From an uncultured Aliarcobacter sp. (GTDB taxonomy: Bacteria; Campylobacterota; Campylobacteria; Campylobacterales; Arcobacteraceae): DNA of 64,000 bases. This document shows positions 29,817 through 41,251 of the stretch, piece after piece. The translations under genes were made by a program, and so were the position numbers. The notes beneath the pieces were generated by a model that worked only from the letters and a program-made list of their open reading frames with translations, had not been told where the DNA came from and searched no databases. Position 1 is the stretch's first letter, and each line of letters starts with the position of its first letter. The stretch lies in contig CAXXLV010000002.1 of NCBI GenBank assembly GCA_963664305.2, forward strand, positions 960,001 through 1,024,000, read 5' to 3'.

Positions 29817-31112
29817 TTATTTTTTTCTTGAATAGACCCAAGAAAAGAAAGTTAAAACTACATAAAGAAACACTATAAAAAACATTTGTTTTATTTCAAC
29901 TTGAAATTCATAATAAATTATCAATAAAGTACTAATTGATAATAAAATAATAGAAAGTATAGTTACAAAAGTTGACGATTTTGTTTTTTTTCGTATTTTA
30001 TAGTTTGCAATTGCCATAAGTAAAGAGACTATCAAAAAAGTTATACTACCAAACTCTAATATCAATTTTAAAGAACCACTTAATATCAAAATAAATGCTA
30101 AAACGGACATCATTATTATTGAATTTTTGGGAATATTATATTTATCTCTTTTTTCTAAGAATTTTGGGAAAAATCCATCTTTTGCTACAATTGACATTTG
30201 TCTTGACGCACCAAAAAGTGTCCCACTTATTGCACTACTTGTTGCAAGTAAAGCACCAACAATTACCAAATCATTTCCAAAATGTCCTAAAACTTTGTTT
30301 GCTCCTGATGCTAAAGCATACTCTTTATTTGCAATAATATCATCAAAAGAAATTGCTAAAATTGCCCCTAATGAAATAACTACATAAAGTAAAATTGCTA
30401 AAGCTATTGCACTATAAATTGCAAGAGGAATATTTTTTTTGGGATTATCCATTTCATTTACAGCATTTATAACCAATTGAAATCCCTCATAAGCAACAAA
30501 AGTGATTGAAGCTACGATTAAAATTGCTGAAAATTCTACATCTTTATTTTCATTTAATAATATTGGAATTGTTGTATTACTATTATTTATTAAAACAAAA
30601 GATATAACAATAAGAATAATTAGTTTTGTATAAACCATCAAATCTTCAATTTTTCCCATACCTTTTACACTCCAAAGGTTTATCACTGTAAAAACTAAGA
30701 TTACAAAACCAGCAACTAATTTTCTAATCATTTCATTATTTTCATAGGAAAAACTACTAAGAGCATAAGAAGAAAATGTATAAGAGTATAAAGATAAAGT
30801 ACTTATATATCCAAAAATTACCCACCATCCAATCAAAGATATTGCAAACTTTGAACTTGGAAATGTTCTTTTGAAAAAAGAATAAGTTGCTCCCTCATCT
30901 TTATAATAAACTCCTAATTTTATATATGAATATGCTGCAAATGATGCAACTATTCCACCTAAAATAATTGCAATAGGAGTATAAACACCTATCATTGATA
31001 CAGAAATTCCTAAAATTGTAAAAATTCCTCCACCAACCATTCCACCAAGTGCAATTGCTATTAATTCTAATATACCTAAAGATTTTCCTCTATTTCTATG
31101 AATTACATCCAT
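29817..31112 (-). CDS. APC-family amino acid permease
   Basis: GGMVGGGIF, AYEGF; start placed at MDVIHR after AGGGGA. Confidence 0.9.
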   Translation of the reverse strand: MDVIHRNRGKSLGILELIAIALGGMVGGGIFTILGISVSMIGVYTPIAIILGGIVASFAAYSYIKLGVYYKDEGATYSFFKRTFPSSKFAISLIGWWVIFGYISTLSLYSYTFSSYALSSFSYENNEMIRKLVAGFVILVFTVINLWSVKGMGKIEDLMVYTKLIILIVISFVLINNSNTTIPILLNENKDVEFSAILIVASITFVAYEGFQLVINAVNEMDNPKKNIPLAIYSAIALAILLYVVISLGAILAISFDDIIANKEYALASGANKVLGHFGNDLVIVGALLATSSAISGTLFGASRQMSIVAKDGFFPKFLEKRDKYNIPKNSIIMMSVLAFILILSGSLKLILEFGSITFLIVSLLMAIANYKIRKKTKSSTFVTILSIILLSISTLLIIYYEFQVEIKQMFFIVFLYVVLTFFSWVYSRKK

Positions 31113-31192
31113 AGTTCCCCTTATAAAAACAAAATTGAAGTTGAGATAGTATAACACTAATATTTTAAGAAATTTTAAAAAGGATTTATTTA

Positions 31193-31888
31193 TTGAAATT
31201 TGAAACACTTATAAATGGAAAACTAATAAAAAGATATAAAAGATTTTTAGCTGATATTATTTTAGAAAATGGTGAAACAATAACTGCTCATGTACCAAAT
31301 AGTGGTGCTATGACTAGCTGTATAGAAGAAAATTGTGATGTTTGGGTAAGTTTTCATGATGACCCTAAAAGAAAATTGAAATATACATTAGAACTCACAA
31401 AAATGGGTGAAAATCTAATTTGTACAAATACAAGTGTTGCAAATAAAATCGCAATTGAAGCAATAAAAAATGGAACTATCAAGGAACTTCAAGATTATAA
31501 TTCTTTAAAACCAGAACAGAAATATGGTCAAAATAGTAGAATTGATATTTTACTAGAAAATGAAAAGCAAAAATGTTATGTAGAAGTAAAAAGTGTAAGT
31601 TTAAAAATAGACAATCATTTAGCCTTTCCTGATGCTGTAACTTCAAGAGGAACAAAACATCTAAAAGAACTTGAAGATATGGTAAAAAGTGGTCATAGAG
31701 CTGTTATGTTGTATATCATTCAAAGAGATGATGAATTGCCTTTTAGATTAGCTTGTGAGGTTGATAAAAAATATTGTGAAACTTTTAAAGAAGTGGCTAA
31801 AAATGGGGTTGAAATTTTAGTTTATCAATCGTCTATAAATCTTGAAGAAATTTTCGTAAAAAAAGCTTCAAATCTATCTTCATTTTGA
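31193..31888 (+). CDS. sfsA: Sugar fermentation stimulation protein A (nuclease)
   Basis: RYKRFLAD, HVPNSG, SRID..YVEVKS, FPDAVTSRGTKHL. Confidence 0.95.
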   Translation: MKFETLINGKLIKRYKRFLADIILENGETITAHVPNSGAMTSCIEENCDVWVSFHDDPKRKLKYTLELTKMGENLICTNTSVANKIAIEAIKNGTIKELQDYNSLKPEQKYGQNSRIDILLENEKQKCYVEVKSVSLKIDNHLAFPDAVTSRGTKHLKELEDMVKSGHRAVMLYIIQRDDELPFRLACEVDKKYCETFKEVAKNGVEILVYQSSINLEEIFVKKASNLSSF

Positions 31889-31919
31889 TACAATTGCAAA
31901 AAATTTTATTAGGATTATA

Positions 31920-32603
31920 TTGAACTTAAAACAGATAAGCATTGCCATATATGCTACATACTTAACAAACAAATATGGCTTTAAATTAAAAAGAGCAAAA
32001 TCATTTCAAGAGAAAAGAAAACTAAGATGTGAATACTCTGAAACTCTATTGTCAAAACTAAATATTAATATCAAAGTATTAAATAAAGAAAAGCTTCCAA
32101 AAGATGGGAAATATCTTTTAATTGCAAATCATAGAAGTATTATTGACCCACTTATTATTGAAATTGCATTGAAAGATTCACCTATTCATGGATTTTGGGT
32201 ATCAAAAAAAGAGCTTTATAACTCTTTTTTCTTTGGTTCTTTCACTAAAAATGCCGATTCTATTTTATTAGATAGAGAAGCTTCAAATATGTCATCATTT
32301 TTTAGTGATACAAAAAAAGTTGTTCAAGAGGGGCACTCTATTTTTATTTTTCCAGAAGGAACGAGAAATAAAACAGATAATCAAATCAGTAGTTTTAAAG
32401 AAGGAGCAAAATTAATTGCTTTAAAAAATAGAATTGATATTTTGCCAGTATTTATAAAAACAAATGCAAATGAAGTTTTAAAAGAGGCGATTGATAAAAG
32501 AACAAAAAATCTAGAAATCGAAATAGAAATTGGTGATTTGATAGATTATAAAGATAAAACTTCACTAGAGATTGCTTACAAAAATCAATTTAATATCAAG
32601 TAG
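31920..32603 (+). CDS. Lysophospholipid (1-acyl-G3P) acyltransferase, PlsC family
   Basis: NHRSIID and FPEGTR motifs. Confidence 0.9.
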   Translation: MNLKQISIAIYATYLTNKYGFKLKRAKSFQEKRKLRCEYSETLLSKLNINIKVLNKEKLPKDGKYLLIANHRSIIDPLIIEIALKDSPIHGFWVSKKELYNSFFFGSFTKNADSILLDREASNMSSFFSDTKKVVQEGHSIFIFPEGTRNKTDNQISSFKEGAKLIALKNRIDILPVFIKTNANEVLKEAIDKRTKNLEIEIEIGDLIDYKDKTSLEIAYKNQFNIK

Positions 32604-32617
32604 AAAATTTTACTTTT

Positions 32618-33319
32618 CTACTTTTTATAACTCATCCATTTTTTTATATTTGTTGCAAATTCAAAAGGAACTTCTAAAGGTATATTGTGACTTGTACCTT
32701 CTCTTGAAATCATAACTATTTCATGTTTTGTAGATAAAAGTTTTTCTAATGCTTTTTTATTTAAAAGCCTATCGTTTTTACTGTAAAAAATAAAAATTGG
32801 AATATCTAAGTTTATTAAATCTTCAAATAAATCTTTTCTATAAAATGTTGAAGTTAATTGAGAAATAAAGGTCTCTTTTCCTAAATCATGAAACATATTC
32901 ATTATAGTATTTATCAAATCTTCATCTTGCTGATTTTTTTCTTCAACTAAAGATAAAGCTTTTTCATAAGTTATACCAAATCCCTCTTTTTCAATAATTG
33001 CGAATTTCTCTTTTCTTCTTTCTATTTCTGCTTCATTTGTAGCCCCAGGAGTTGCTGCAACCATAAAAAGTCTATTTACTCTATTTGGATATGTTATTGC
33101 AAAATATGAAGCAATATAACCACCCAATGAAAAGCCTAAAATATTTACTTTATCTTCTTTAAAAGTATTAAATAAAATATCAATTATCTCATCAAAATCA
33201 AAACTTTTTGGAATAGGAATATGTATGATTTCATACTCTTTTTCTAAAAAAGGAATAACTCGTTTCCATAACCTTTCATCAGTCATAAGACCTGGAATAA
33301 AATATATTTTTTCTTTCAT
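32618..33319 (-). CDS. Alpha/beta hydrolase
   Basis: GFSLGG nucleophile elbow, D and H; start placed at MKEKIY. Confidence 0.88.
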   Translation of the reverse strand: MKEKIYFIPGLMTDERLWKRVIPFLEKEYEIIHIPIPKSFDFDEIIDILFNTFKEDKVNILGFSLGGYIASYFAITYPNRVNRLFMVAATPGATNEAEIERRKEKFAIIEKEGFGITYEKALSLVEEKNQQDEDLINTIMNMFHDLGKETFISQLTSTFYRKDLFEDLINLDIPIFIFYSKNDRLLNKKALEKLLSTKHEIVMISREGTSHNIPLEVPFEFATNIKKWMSYKK

Positions 33320-33484
33320 ATCTAACCAATACAATTTAATTTGAAAAGATTGTACAAAAAAATCACTTAAGCAGTTTTTCCTCATAATAATATATTATAT
33401 ATTTAAAATAAGTTTTACTTATTTATAATAGATTAAGTTTACTTATATAATAATCAACAAAAATAATATTATAGGAAGTTGATT

Positions 33485-33679
33485 ATGAACACATTTGATA
33501 AAATAAGAGCTTTTTGTAGACCATTTAGAATTGTTTTAGGGATTGTATTAATTGCAATTGGATATTTTACAGATATTATTTGGTTCTATTTAGGAGTTAT
33601 TCCATTAGTTATAGGACTTATAGATTTTTGTCCTTTATGTATCATTAGTAAAAAGTGTACACCAAAAATCAAGTCATAA
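33485..33679 (+). CDS. DUF2892/YgaP-like small membrane protein
   Basis: R..RIVLG..GVIPL..G..FCP. Confidence 0.8.
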   Translation: MNTFDKIRAFCRPFRIVLGIVLIAIGYFTDIIWFYLGVIPLVIGLIDFCPLCIISKKCTPKIKS

Positions 33680-33680
33680 A

Positions 33681-33711
33681 AAAAGGGGAAAGAAAATATC
33701 TTTCCCCTTTT
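33681..33711. terminator. Bidirectional Rho-independent terminator
   Basis: AAAAGGGGAAAGA-loop-TCTTTCCCCTTTT between convergent genes. Confidence 0.85.
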
Positions 33712-33726
33712 ATATTTTAAATCATT

Positions 33727-35025
33727 TTATTCACTGACAAAATGTAAAATTATCATTCCATAAAATTTGCCGTCTTTATAAAATTCTGCTCTATATTTTG
33801 TTTTAGCATTATCAACTGAATAATTATCTAGGATATCTGATTTTTTGATTAGGATATCATCTTCACTATCCACACCATCTTTACTAAATCCAATAATATT
33901 TACCCTAAAATCAGTTTTTAAAATTTTAAAACTATCTTTTATATCTATTTCTTCAGCAAATTTACTATCTATTACTTTTCCATCAACTTCTATTTTTATA
34001 CTTTTTTTATATTCTGCAATAGGAAAAGTTTGAGGATATAATTCAACTACTTTGTCATTACCAACATAAAGTTCATATCTATTATCAACAATTTTTACAT
34101 CACCTAAAGTATGCTCAAATTTAAAATCATTTTTTTCATTTTTTAGAGGTACAAATCTTGTTACTCTTTTTATGTCATTTAAACTAAATACAATATTGTT
34201 GTTAATTCTAACTTTTCCATAATCAAAAAGTTTTTTACACACTTCATCATAATTATTTACATCAAAATCTCTTTCAAACTCTATATCCATAACATTCATA
34301 AACTCTTCAATTGATTTTAATTGATAAATAACTTTATGTGCTAAATCCGTAATATTTTTACTTGTTTCTATGGCAAATGCTGGTTTATTATGTGTTACTG
34401 CAAAAAAAGTAAGTGACAATTGCATTTGTTCATCTTTAAACTTTGTTTCTGTATTTTTTACGCCAAAAGAGTGAAATTCTTGAAATAATTTATCATTATT
34501 TAAAGCATTATTTACTTTCGTTGCTATTTCATCAAGATTTCCAAATTTATCTAAACCATTTATTTTTTCTTGGTCTATAATCGTTGCTTGTCCCCAAGCA
34601 TTTGGATTAAAGATGGCATTTTCATAATTTTTTCTAAAGAAACCATGACCATCATGTAAATTTAAAACTAAATCTACTTTTTTATCTAAAATGATTTTTT
34701 TTATTTTTGTTATAACAGGATAATCTGGGTCATTTTTATCAATAACACTAAATTTTCTATTCATATCATTGTAAATACCTCTATTATTTGCAACAATACT
34801 ATCTCCATTTATATTAGGTACAATCCAAACATTACCTTTTTTTATTTTATAATGCTTTTCTAAAAATGCAGGTGCAAAATAACCTCCTGGTTCATCACCA
34901 TGAATTCCACCTATTACTAAAAGAGTATTTCCTTTTTTTTCTCCATCTTTTTTATATAGAGTAAAATCTTTATTTGCCCCAAAAAGTGAGATAAAAGAGA
35001 TAAAAAAAACAACTATAAACTTCAT
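33727..35025 (-). CDS. M99-family peptidoglycan DL-carboxypeptidase (Pgp1/Csd4-like)
   Basis: GGIHGDEPGG, DMNRKF, LNLHDG, AFAIETSK; signal peptide. Confidence 0.88.
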   Translation of the reverse strand: MKFIVVFFISFISLFGANKDFTLYKKDGEKKGNTLLVIGGIHGDEPGGYFAPAFLEKHYKIKKGNVWIVPNINGDSIVANNRGIYNDMNRKFSVIDKNDPDYPVITKIKKIILDKKVDLVLNLHDGHGFFRKNYENAIFNPNAWGQATIIDQEKINGLDKFGNLDEIATKVNNALNNDKLFQEFHSFGVKNTETKFKDEQMQLSLTFFAVTHNKPAFAIETSKNITDLAHKVIYQLKSIEEFMNVMDIEFERDFDVNNYDEVCKKLFDYGKVRINNNIVFSLNDIKRVTRFVPLKNEKNDFKFEHTLGDVKIVDNRYELYVGNDKVVELYPQTFPIAEYKKSIKIEVDGKVIDSKFAEEIDIKDSFKILKTDFRVNIIGFSKDGVDSEDDILIKKSDILDNYSVDNAKTKYRAEFYKDGKFYGMIILHFVSE

Positions 35026-35110
35026 AATTCTCCTAAATTTAGATTGTTTTTTCAAAAAACAATCGGGCGAATAGTATCATATAGCTATTTAGAGTGGAGT
35101 TAAACTATTG

Positions 35111-35677
35111 TCACTTTATTTCAATAGGAAGTAAAGAAAGAAAACTCAAAGCCTCAGGAAGAGAAAATGATGCTTTTGTTAAATCATTTTGTTTTGGGTC
35201 AATTAAATAGTTTTTTGATGTTACAAAGTTTGCTTTTTTTAGATTGTTTTTTATAAAAGATGACAATTGTAAATCACAATTATCAAAAAGAGATTTTTCC
35301 ATATTACACTCTTCAAAACCACTATCTTTTATAAGAGAATCTATAAATTTTATTTGTCTTAAATCCATAAGATGAAATGAGTTTTGAGAAAGATTGCAAG
35401 AGTTGAAAGTAACATCAAATGGTTCATCACAACTACTCCATGAAATACCAATCAATTTACAGTTTTCAAATGAAACATCGTTGAAAGTAGAAGCTTTTAA
35501 AATAGCAAGTGATAAATCACAATTTACAAATCTACACTCAGTAAATTTGCATTTATAAATAACTGCTTTTGAAAAATTACATTTTACAAAAGTACAATTA
35601 TCAAAATATATAGAGTCTAACTCTTTTTCTTCTAAATCTATAAACTCTTCTTCCCAATAATCATTTGTTTTAAACAT
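35111..35677 (-). CDS. Pentapeptide-repeat protein
   Basis: Tandem (C/S/A)xFxx repeats along the whole length. Confidence 0.92.
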   Translation of the reverse strand: MFKTNDYWEEEFIDLEEKELDSIYFDNCTFVKCNFSKAVIYKCKFTECRFVNCDLSLAILKASTFNDVSFENCKLIGISWSSCDEPFDVTFNSCNLSQNSFHLMDLRQIKFIDSLIKDSGFEECNMEKSLFDNCDLQLSSFIKNNLKKANFVTSKNYLIDPKQNDLTKASFSLPEALSFLSLLPIEIK

Positions 35678-35695
35678 TTTTCTCTTTTTATATAT

Positions 35696-36571
35696 TTAAT
35701 TTGATGATTTTTTGCTAACTAAAATCCCACCAATAACTATAAGAACAATACCTAAAAAAGTATATAAATCAGGTAATGTATCTCCAAGTATCACTCCAAA
35801 TCCTATAGCAAAAGGAATATTTGAATAACTAACAACTCCTATGATACTAGCACGACTAATACTGTAAGCTCTTGTTAAAAACCATTGAGAAGCAGTTGAA
35901 ATAATCGCCATAAAAACTATCAAAATCCAAATAAAAATATCTGTATGTATTTTAAAATGAACATAAGGTGTAAATAAAAACAATCCCCAAGGAATTAATA
36001 CTCCAACTCCCATAAATGAAAGCATAATAACTCTTGCATCATAAATATCTTTTATCTTTTTAATAGTGGCATAAGCACAAGCTGCAAAAAAACCACCCAA
36101 GACTCCAAAAATATGTTCAATAGATATCTCAACTCCAAAAGGTTTCATAATAAAAACAATTCCAATAAACCCAATAATAAGAGCAAAAAATATACGAAGA
36201 GTAATACTTTCTTTCATCAAATAGTATGCAAGAATAGTTACAAAAAAAGGTGATGTTTTATTTAATACAACAGCTTCTCCCAATGGAATAGTTGCTATCG
36301 TATAAAAAAATAGAACCATAGCAAGTGCGCCAAAAACTCCCCTTAGAAAAAGTAGATGAAGTTTTGATGTATCAATAGAAACAGAAAATTTTTTAAAACT
36401 ATAAAGTACAATTAAAACACCTATTAAGTTTCTATAAAAAACTATCTCTATTGGATCCATACTTTGAGATAAATATTTAGCAACTGCACCATTAAGTGCA
36501 CCAATTAGTGCACTTAAAAGCATAAATAAAACACCTTTATCTATGGTGTTTAGTTTTAATAAATTATTCAT
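35696..36571 (-). CDS. DMT/EamA family transporter
   Basis: Ten TM segments in two repeats. Confidence 0.9.
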   Translation of the reverse strand: MNNLLKLNTIDKGVLFMLLSALIGALNGAVAKYLSQSMDPIEIVFYRNLIGVLIVLYSFKKFSVSIDTSKLHLLFLRGVFGALAMVLFFYTIATIPLGEAVVLNKTSPFFVTILAYYLMKESITLRIFFALIIGFIGIVFIMKPFGVEISIEHIFGVLGGFFAACAYATIKKIKDIYDARVIMLSFMGVGVLIPWGLFLFTPYVHFKIHTDIFIWILIVFMAIISTASQWFLTRAYSISRASIIGVVSYSNIPFAIGFGVILGDTLPDLYTFLGIVLIVIGGILVSKKSSN

Positions 36572-37407
36572 TTTTGCAAATAGTGTAGTTGAAAAAATTC
36601 AGGCATCATTTTCATTACAAAAGGATATTGTTCTAAAATTTTATCCATTACATCATACACAACTGTAGCATCTTCTGAAGCATATTTTATTTGTCCAGAA
36701 CTTAGCTCTTTATTTTCCCAATTTGATCTTGACATATTTTTTGATTTTTGTAATTTTTTATTCAAAATTATTGAAGCAGCTTTTTTAGCCCCAATTTGAT
36801 TTTTTGATGATAATTTTTTAAATATATCTTCTAAATCAATCATTGATTTTACTCTTAGATTAAATTGTTTAAAAAGTGCTTCATTATCACCTTTTAATCC
36901 CGTTCCAATTTTTATTATTTTATCATCTTCCAAAAAATTTATAAGTGGTTTTAGATTTTTGATTTGTTTAATTTGAATAAGATAACACTTATCTTTTGTA
37001 GCTAATTGAATTAGACAAACACCATTATCTGCTTGACCCTTTTTAAAAGTTGGTTTTTGTTCACTGTCAAAACCAATAAAAGGAGTTAATTGGATTGAGT
37101 TCATTACATTTTCTAATTGTTCAGAAGTATTAACAATCTCTATTGTTCTATTACCTATGAAATAAGGCTCTTGTAAATCACTATTAACACTACTTGAATT
37201 ATCCATTAAATCAAAAAGTTTTATCATTAATTTCAATGAAATTGAGCCATTTTCTAAAATATTTTTTAATACTTTTTCAACTTCATTTTCGAAATCATCT
37301 TCACAAAAATTTCGAATTAGATTTAATCTATCTTGATTAGAAATTACATTTATTATTTTGATTTTAAACTCCTGCTTTATTTCACTATTATGATTGAAAC
37401 TTTTCAC
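36568..37407 (-). CDS. DEDDy 3'-5' exonuclease domain protein
   Basis: GFDSE, LIQLA, SNW..YASEDA. Confidence 0.88.
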   Translation of the reverse strand: MKSFNHNSEIKQEFKIKIINVISNQDRLNLIRNFCEDDFENEVEKVLKNILENGSISLKLMIKLFDLMDNSSSVNSDLQEPYFIGNRTIEIVNTSEQLENVMNSIQLTPFIGFDSEQKPTFKKGQADNGVCLIQLATKDKCYLIQIKQIKNLKPLINFLEDDKIIKIGTGLKGDNEALFKQFNLRVKSMIDLEDIFKKLSSKNQIGAKKAASIILNKKLQKSKNMSRSNWENKELSSGQIKYASEDATVVYDVMDKILEQYPFVMKMMPEFFQLHYLQK

Positions 37408-37753
37408 CAGCAGCTGCTGTGAATGTCATTTCTACAAGTAAATCTGGATCAACCAATTCTGCTTTTACACAAGCACGACTTGGTGCACAATTTTCAGGGA
37501 ACCAACTATCCCAAATCTCATTTAAAGCTTCAAAGTTTGCAAAATCTGTGATATAAATAGTAACTGCTAAAATTCTTGATTTATCACTATCAACTGTAGC
37601 TAAACTAGTTTCTGCTTGGTCAAATATTTGTTGAACTTGTCCTTTAATATCTGCACTTGTATCACTATCTGCAACTTCTGTAAAAGTTGCAATTCCATTA
37701 AAAACTGTAACATCTGACCATCTTTTACATGGGTTTATTCTATGAATTTTCAT
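37388..37753 (-). CDS. RidA family protein
   Basis: NEIWDSWF..PSRACV..LVEM; start placed at MKIHR. Confidence 0.9.
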   Translation of the reverse strand: MKIHRINPCKRWSDVTVFNGIATFTEVADSDTSADIKGQVQQIFDQAETSLATVDSDKSRILAVTIYITDFANFEALNEIWDSWFPENCAPSRACVKAELVDPDLLVEMTFTAAAGEKFQS

Positions 37754-37820
37754 TATTATATTCCTAGTGTATGATTGCTGCAATTGTAGTTAAAAAAGAT
37801 AAAATTGGTTTTAAATAAGA

Positions 37821-38261
37821 TTATAGTACAAAAGGTATAAACATCTTTGTATTTTTTTTGTATTGTTTATACTCTTCTAGTTTTTCACTCCAAAGTTTTT
37901 CTTCTTTACTTGCTTTTAAATATAAAATAACAACTAAAACCATATAACAAAAAATATTTATAACATCAATTTTTGTTAGAACAACGCCACCCATCATCAA
38001 AAAAACACTAAAATACATAGGATGACGAATATATTTATATGCTCCATTTTTTATCAACTTTGAGTTTTCTTTTATTTCAGGTGTTATGTTAAAATTTCCA
38101 ATTCGATTAAAATATAAAGTATAAAGTCCAAATAAAAAACCAATTGATGAAATAAATAAAGAGATTAAATGATTAAAAATAGAATCATTGATGAGTAATA
38201 AAAGTGCAATTATAATAAATTGAAGCACAACTAAAATTTTTGAATATAGTGAATTACTCAT
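37821..38261 (-). CDS. Isoprenylcysteine carboxyl methyltransferase-family membrane protein
   Basis: GAYKYIRHPMY, EE, FIP motifs. Confidence 0.88.
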   Translation of the reverse strand: MSNSLYSKILVVLQFIIIALLLLINDSIFNHLISLFISSIGFLFGLYTLYFNRIGNFNITPEIKENSKLIKNGAYKYIRHPMYFSVFLMMGGVVLTKIDVINIFCYMVLVVILYLKASKEEKLWSEKLEEYKQYKKNTKMFIPFVL

Positions 38262-38264
38262 AAT

Positions 38265-38612
38265 TTATTCACCATTTAAAACTGACATTACAGTTGCTCT
38301 ACTTGTTTTTAGTTCATCCATAATCTTTGAGATATTTAGTTCACCTTTTTCAGTATAGTACTCTTCATCATCTAACATTTTTAGTATTAAGTCTTTTTTC
38401 TCAATTATTTGCTCGGATGTTTGTCTTGTTTGAAATGTAAAATCTTCTTCATCCATAGTTTTAATAGCTTCTAAATCCCTTTTTATAGTAGGAACTGTGA
38501 CTTTTAACTCTTTTGCTAAATCAATTGGATTTTCTATACCTCTTAAAATCAAATCTCTTATTGCAATTCTTCTCGTTTTTATTTTTCGTCTACGATGATA
38601 AGAGATTTTCAT
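38265..38612 (-). CDS. Helix-turn-helix protein (two HTH-like segments)
   Basis: DLAKELKVTVPTIKRDL and KIMDELKTSRATV. Confidence 0.7.
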   Translation of the reverse strand: MKISYHRRRKIKTRRIAIRDLILRGIENPIDLAKELKVTVPTIKRDLEAIKTMDEEDFTFQTRQTSEQIIEKKDLILKMLDDEEYYTEKGELNISKIMDELKTSRATVMSVLNGE

Positions 38613-38621
38613 TTACTTCCT

Positions 38622-39131
38622 TTAAAAAATGTTTTTTACATCTTCTTTTAGTTTTTGAAAGCTTTCATCTAAAGTGATATTAGAGTTTTTTGATATAAAT
38701 TCTTCTAAACCAAAAGTTTTAAGTGGAAATTGTTTTGAGAACTTTATAATCTCTTCATCAAGCGTGCTAACCCCTGCTTTTGTTTGAATCAAAGAAATAT
38801 TAAAAATATCATCTTTTATAGTAAATTTTACATGATTAAAATAAACCTTTGCCTCTTTAAAAAGCTCATCCAAACTCAAAGTATCTTTTCTAAAAAATGG
38901 AAAAGCTTGTTTTGATTCTCCTAAAACTTCTACTATTAGATAATATCCAAGGGTATTTGCTGTAACTTTTTCATCATAAACTCTTTTTTGTTTATTGAAA
39001 AATTCATCAAGAAGTCTAATAAAAAAATTTGATGACATCACACCAATATCTTTTAATATTTCTTTATTTATATACTCAAATATTAAGCTTGCATTTTCTT
39101 TTATATAAGATTTTAGTTCATTTTCTTGCAT
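38622..39131 (-). CDS. Hypothetical protein
   Basis: Operonic ORF with AGGA RBS. Confidence 0.75.
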   Translation of the reverse strand: MQENELKSYIKENASLIFEYINKEILKDIGVMSSNFFIRLLDEFFNKQKRVYDEKVTANTLGYYLIVEVLGESKQAFPFFRKDTLSLDELFKEAKVYFNHVKFTIKDDIFNISLIQTKAGVSTLDEEIIKFSKQFPLKTFGLEEFISKNSNITLDESFQKLKEDVKNIF

Positions 39132-39139
39132 TTATTTTC

Positions 39140-39424
39140 CTATAAAACTTCTAATTCAAAAGGCTCAATATGTGCATTGTATTGTTTGAAGTTATTTATA
39201 AAGTGTGAATAATGAGGAGTTTCATAATGTTTGTTTAAAGCCTCTTCATTTTCCCATGAATCAATCACAATAAACTCTACAGGATTTGTTTTTGTTTGGA
39301 AAACTTCATACATCAAACAACCCTCTTCTTTTTTTGTATCTTCTATAGTTGATTTTAGTAGTGCTTTTAGTTCTTCTATACAATCTCTTTTTGCTAAAAA
39401 TATTATTTGTCTTGTTATTGCCAT
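39140..39424 (-). CDS. Antibiotic biosynthesis monooxygenase (putative quinol monooxygenase)
   Basis: EEGCLMY..W....L..H..TPH. Confidence 0.85.
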   Translation of the reverse strand: MAITRQIIFLAKRDCIEELKALLKSTIEDTKKEEGCLMYEVFQTKTNPVEFIVIDSWENEEALNKHYETPHYSHFINNFKQYNAHIEPFELEVL

Positions 39425-39541
39425 GATTATCGCTTTAATTTGTTTTTTGTATTCTAATTAATAGTAGCTTTAGTTTCTATATTTAAGTACAAATTTACTA
39501 TATTAAAATCTTAATAAATAAATTTATGGATAAATATAATA

Positions 39542-41233
39542 ATGAATAAAAATAATATAGAAACTTTTGAAGAACTTATCAATCTAAGTGATTACTCTTT
39601 TGTGAATAATCTAAACAGTGACCCCGATGCAAAATATAGTGGAGATAATAAATTTCCAAGAGAAGTTTTTAGTGGACATTATGTGTCAGTAAGTCCAACT
39701 CCTATCAAAGACCCGATATATATTTCTCATAGTGAGAATTTTTTTAAAGAGTTAGGTTTTAGTGAGAACTTACTAAAATCAGATGATTTTATCAAACTAT
39801 TTTCAGGTGATATGTCTAATATCTCTAATCTTGAACAAAATAAAGGTTGGGCAACTGGATATGCCTTATCTATTTATGGAACTGAATATTATGCTCAATG
39901 TCCTTTTCAAACTGGAAATGGCTATGGAGATGGTAGAGCAATCTCTGTTTTAGAAGCACTTATAAATGGTAAAAGATGGGAATTTCAACTAAAAGGTGCT
40001 GGAAGAACGCCATATTGTAGAGGTGCAGATGGACGTGCAGTTTTAAGGTCAAGTGTAAGAGAGTTTTTAGCTCAAGAACATATGCACTCACTTGGTATTC
40101 CAACTTCTAGGTCTTTAACCCTTTTTACTTCAACAAAAGAGCAAGTAACTAGACCTTGGTTTAGGGATAATTCATATTCAAAAGACCCAGAAGTTATGAT
40201 AGAAGAAGATGTAGCAATTACGACTAGAGTTGCCTCTTCATTTTTAAGAGTTGGACAAATAGAACTTTTTGGAAGACGAGCTAGAAAAAATGAACATGAA
40301 AATGCTTTAAAAGAGTTAGAAATGATTGTTTTACATTTAATTGAAAGAGAATATAGTGAAGTAATCAATCAAAATTTGAGTTTAGAAGAAAAGATAATAC
40401 AACTAGCAAATGAGTTTCAAAATCGTCTTACATCGCTAGTAGCTAACTGGATAAGAGTTGGATATTGTCAAGGAAATTTCAACAGTGACAACTGTGCAGC
40501 TGGTGGTTTTACACTTGATTATGGACCATTTGGATTTATAGAGATGTTTGACCCAAAATATCAATCTTGGACTGGAGGAGGAAATCACTTTTCATTTTTT
40601 AACCAACCAGTTGCTGCTTTTAAAAACTTCAAATCGTTTTGTAGTGCGTTAAAACCATTACTAGGTTCAAATAAAAATGCTTTAGAAGAACTAGAAAAAA
40701 TCGAAAATAACTTTAGCAAAGTTATGCAAGAAAAAATGGAAGATATGTGGGCTAAAAAACTTGGACTTGATAAGTTTGATGTTGAGTTGTTTGAAGAACT
40801 AATCAATCTTATGATAGATACTAAAGTTGACTATACAATATTTTTTAGAGAATTATCGAATATCCCAAATGATATGAGTAGCATTGAAAAAAGTTTTTAT
40901 GGAAAAACACAAAATGAAAATATCAAATTAAGATGGAATAGTTGGCTTGAAAGTTGGAAATCACTTATAAATGTAAATGATGAAGAATCTAAAGAAAAAC
41001 TATCAAAGCAAATGAAACTTACCAATCCAAAATACACTTTAAGAGAATGGCATCTAGTTTGGGCATATCAAGAAGCTGAAAATGGAAACTTTGAACCAGT
41101 TCATGAGTTACAAGAGATAATGACAAAACCATATAAAGAACAAACAAAAGAAATTGAAGAAAAATATTATATAAAAAAACCTTCAGATTTTTTTGGAATA
41201 GCTGGTATATCGCATGTGAGTTGTTCGTCGTAA
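39542..41233 (+). CDS. selO: Protein adenylyltransferase SelO (YdiU)
   Basis: [35 protein letters not shown]-terminal CSS. Confidence 0.95.
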   Translation: MNKNNIETFEELINLSDYSFVNNLNSDPDAKYSGDNKFPREVFSGHYVSVSPTPIKDPIYISHSENFFKELGFSENLLKSDDFIKLFSGDMSNISNLEQNKGWATGYALSIYGTEYYAQCPFQTGNGYGDGRAISVLEALINGKRWEFQLKGAGRTPYCRGADGRAVLRSSVREFLAQEHMHSLGIPTSRSLTLFTSTKEQVTRPWFRDNSYSKDPEVMIEEDVAITTRVASSFLRVGQIELFGRRARKNEHENALKELEMIVLHLIEREYSEVINQNLSLEEKIIQLANEFQNRLTSLVANWIRVGYCQGNFNSDNCAAGGFTLDYGPFGFIEMFDPKYQSWTGGGNHFSFFNQPVAAFKNFKSFCSALKPLLGSNKNALEELEKIENNFSKVMQEKMEDMWAKKLGLDKFDVELFEELINLMIDTKVDYTIFFRELSNIPNDMSSIEKSFYGKTQNENIKLRWNSWLESWKSLINVNDEESKEKLSKQMKLTNPKYTLREWHLVWAYQEAENGNFEPVHELQEIMTKPYKEQTKEIEEKYYIKKPSDFFGIAGISHVSCSS

Positions 41234-41251
41234 AAAAAGATTAAGTATTCA

